The notes beneath the pieces were generated by a model, which saw nothing but the letters and a program-made list of their open reading frames with translations, was not told the DNA's origin and ran no database searches. A stretch of 53,095 nucleotides of DNA from an uncultured Candidatus Saccharibacteria bacterium (GTDB lineage Bacteria > Patescibacteriota > Minisyncoccia > CAIUEV01 > JAHKAQ01): contig CAZTZK010000024.1 of assembly GCA_964618065.1 (NCBI GenBank), positions 1 through 53,095 on the forward strand. Reading direction: 5' to 3'. Shown piece after piece: positions 51,710 through 53,095 of this stretch (the stretch's first letter is position 1; every line of letters starts with the position of its first letter). The position numbers and the translations under genes are program-made.

Positions 51710-53095
51710 ATGGCTTCTATTATTAAAGAAGAAAGACTAAAAAAAATTAAGCAATTCAAAGAAAAAGACATTAATCTTTATCCGTCTTTTTGTTTTGAAA
51801 AAGAAAGCTCCTCCAAAGTTTTACAAAAAGAAATAGGTGAAAAAGCAAAAATTGCCGGGAGGATTATCCTCTTTAGAGATATGGGTAAAATTACTTTTTT
51901 CCATATTCAAGATGAAGGTGGAAAAATTCAACTCATTCTTAATAAAAGAGAATATGAGGGTGATTATAAGTTTTGGGTAAAAAATCTTGATTTGGGAGAT
52001 TTTATAGGTGTAGAAGGTAAACGTTTTGATACTCAAAGAGGGGAAAAATCTGTTTTAATCAATAAACTTTTTTTGCTTTCTAAATCAATTCGTCCTCTCT
52101 CAGAAAAATATAAAGGGATAGCCAATGATGATACCAGACAAAGATTCCGAGAATTAGAAATTATTGCCGACAGCAAAAAGAAAGAAAAATTTAAACGTCG
52201 TTCTCAGGTGATTAAAAGTATTAGGGAGTTTATGTGGGATAATCATTTTTTGGAAGTTGAAACTCCGATTTTGCAGAACGTTTATGGAGGTACCTACGCT
52301 AAGCCCTTCAAAACTCATTATAATGCTTTAGATTTTGATCTTTATTTGCGGATTGCGCCAGAAATGTTTTTAAAACGTCTCACAGTAGCCGGTTTTGAAA
52401 AAGTATTTGAAATTGGGAAATGTTTTCGTAATGAAGGTATGGGGCCGGCTCATCTTCAAGAATTCACTATGTTTGAGTTTTATTGGGCTTATGCTGATTA
52501 CAATAAATTGATGGATTTTACCGAAAAAATGATTGAAAGAACTGTTACTCAAAACTATAAAAATTTTGAAACTAGAATAGGAAATAAAATTATTAACCTA
52601 AAACCGCCCTATCCAAGAGAAAAATTTAGGGATTTGTTAGAAAGATATTTAAAAGTTAAATTTGAAGAAATAGATACTCCTCAAAAAATAGATCAGTTTG
52701 TTGAGAAGAGGGGATTAGAAAAAAGGGTTAATTTTAAAGGTAAGGCAGGCTGGGCCTCAAAATTGGATGAGCTTTTTAAAAAAACAGCGAGAAAAGAAAT
52801 CATTCAACCTCTGTTCGTGCTTGATTATCCTAAAGAGTTTATGGCTTTGGCTAAGGCTAAAGAAGAAGATCCTGAAACGGTAATGTCTGTTCAATTAATA
52901 ATAAACGGCTGGGAAATAATTAAGGCTTACAATGAACTAAATGATCCCCTGGAACAGAAAAAGAGATTTGAAGGCCAACAACGTTTGGCTAAAGAAGGAG
53001 ATGAAGGCACAATGCCTTATGATCATGCCTTTCTCAAATCTATGGAGCATGGCATGCCTCCAATAGCTGGCTGGGGTATGGGGATAGATAGATTT
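51710..53095 (+). CDS. lysS: Lysine--tRNA ligase, class II (3' end beyond the window)
   Basis: Absent from the ORF track because no stop codon is reached. From ATG 51710 the frame is open to the window end (462 codons): MASIIKEERLKKIKQF...GRIILFRDMGKITFFHIQDEGGKIQL (OB fold)...FLEVETPILQ (motif 1)...FEIGKCFRNEG (motif 2)...GMPPIAGWGMGIDR (motif 3). Confidence 0.93.
   Translation, partial: MASIIKEERLKKIKQFKEKDINLYPSFCFEKESSSKVLQKEIGEKAKIAGRIILFRDMGKITFFHIQDEGGKIQLILNKREYEGDYKFWVKNLDLGDFIGVEGKRFDTQRGEKSVLINKLFLLSKSIRPLSEKYKGIANDDTRQRFRELEIIADSKKKEKFKRRSQVIKSIREFMWDNHFLEVETPILQNVYGGTYAKPFKTHYNALDFDLYLRIAPEMFLKRLTVAGFEKVFEIGKCFRNEGMGPAHLQEFTMFEFYWAYADYNKLMDFTEKMIERTVTQNYKNFETRIGNKIINLKPPYPREKFRDLLERYLKVKFEEIDTPQKIDQFVEKRGLEKRVNFKGKAGWASKLDELFKKTARKEIIQPLFVLDYPKEFMALAKAKEEDPETVMSVQLIINGWEIIKAYNELNDPLEQKKRFEGQQRLAKEGDEGTMPYDHAFLKSMEHGMPPIAGWGMGIDRF

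Noticed and set aside
1-53095. Alternative genetic code (UGA or UAG reassignment), as seen in some candidate phyla
   Set aside because: All conserved genes are full length and uninterrupted under the standard bacterial code. There are no in-frame stops that would need reassignment.

Overview
AT-rich (about one-third GC by eye, not computed), very gene-dense bacterial chromosomal segment read with the standard code. All long ORFs are intact, so there is no sign of stop-codon reassignment. It is dominated by housekeeping genes. Translation: rplS, rplI, rpmA, rpsF-ssb-rpsR, efp, argS, leuS, lysS, greA, and tRNA-Leu(GAG), tRNA-Trp(CCA), tRNA-Glu(CTC). DNA: topA, dprA, ssb. Nucleotide metabolism: pyrG, an archaeal-type UMP kinase and an MTH1-like Nudix hydrolase. 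Cell wall and division: a shortened dcw cluster (mraZ-rsmH-ftsL-ftsI-murF) followed by lgt, plus murA and mreB. Envelope: an O-antigen-ligase-like/GT4/GT2/LCP/GT2 glycopolymer cluster followed by a CtpA protease. The accessory-looking parts are: (i) a glycine-rich secreted peptide plus glycine-zipper lipoprotein pair next to a heavily structured intergenic region (2046-3387); (ii) a DUF1704/MTH1-like/peroxiredoxin stress islet (21129-23740); (iii) an SDR gene and an orphan ORF next to tRNA-Glu, with GC-rich tandem repeats (30062-31917); (iv) a secreted beta-helix protein translationally coupled to a HlyD-adaptor/ABC-ATPase/two-FtsX-permease exporter (32089-37675); (v) a block of surface or unknown proteins plus a sigma-region-4/HARE-HTH protein (40335-44238). 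Regulatory sites readable directly from the sequence are a near-consensus CIRCE operator before hsp20, a 10-bp-phased GTG-repeat array on the mraZ promoter, and twin 12-bp palindromes before tRNA-Trp. I saw no CRISPR array, transposase, integrase, phage genes or rRNA. The gene content and style suggest a small-genome Patescibacteria/CPR-like organism: archaeal-type UMP kinase and peroxiredoxin, GC-rich palindromic intergenic elements in an AT-rich genome, and mostly SD-less housekeeping genes. That placement is an inference only. All protein calls rest on motifs recognised by eye and none was checked against a database.
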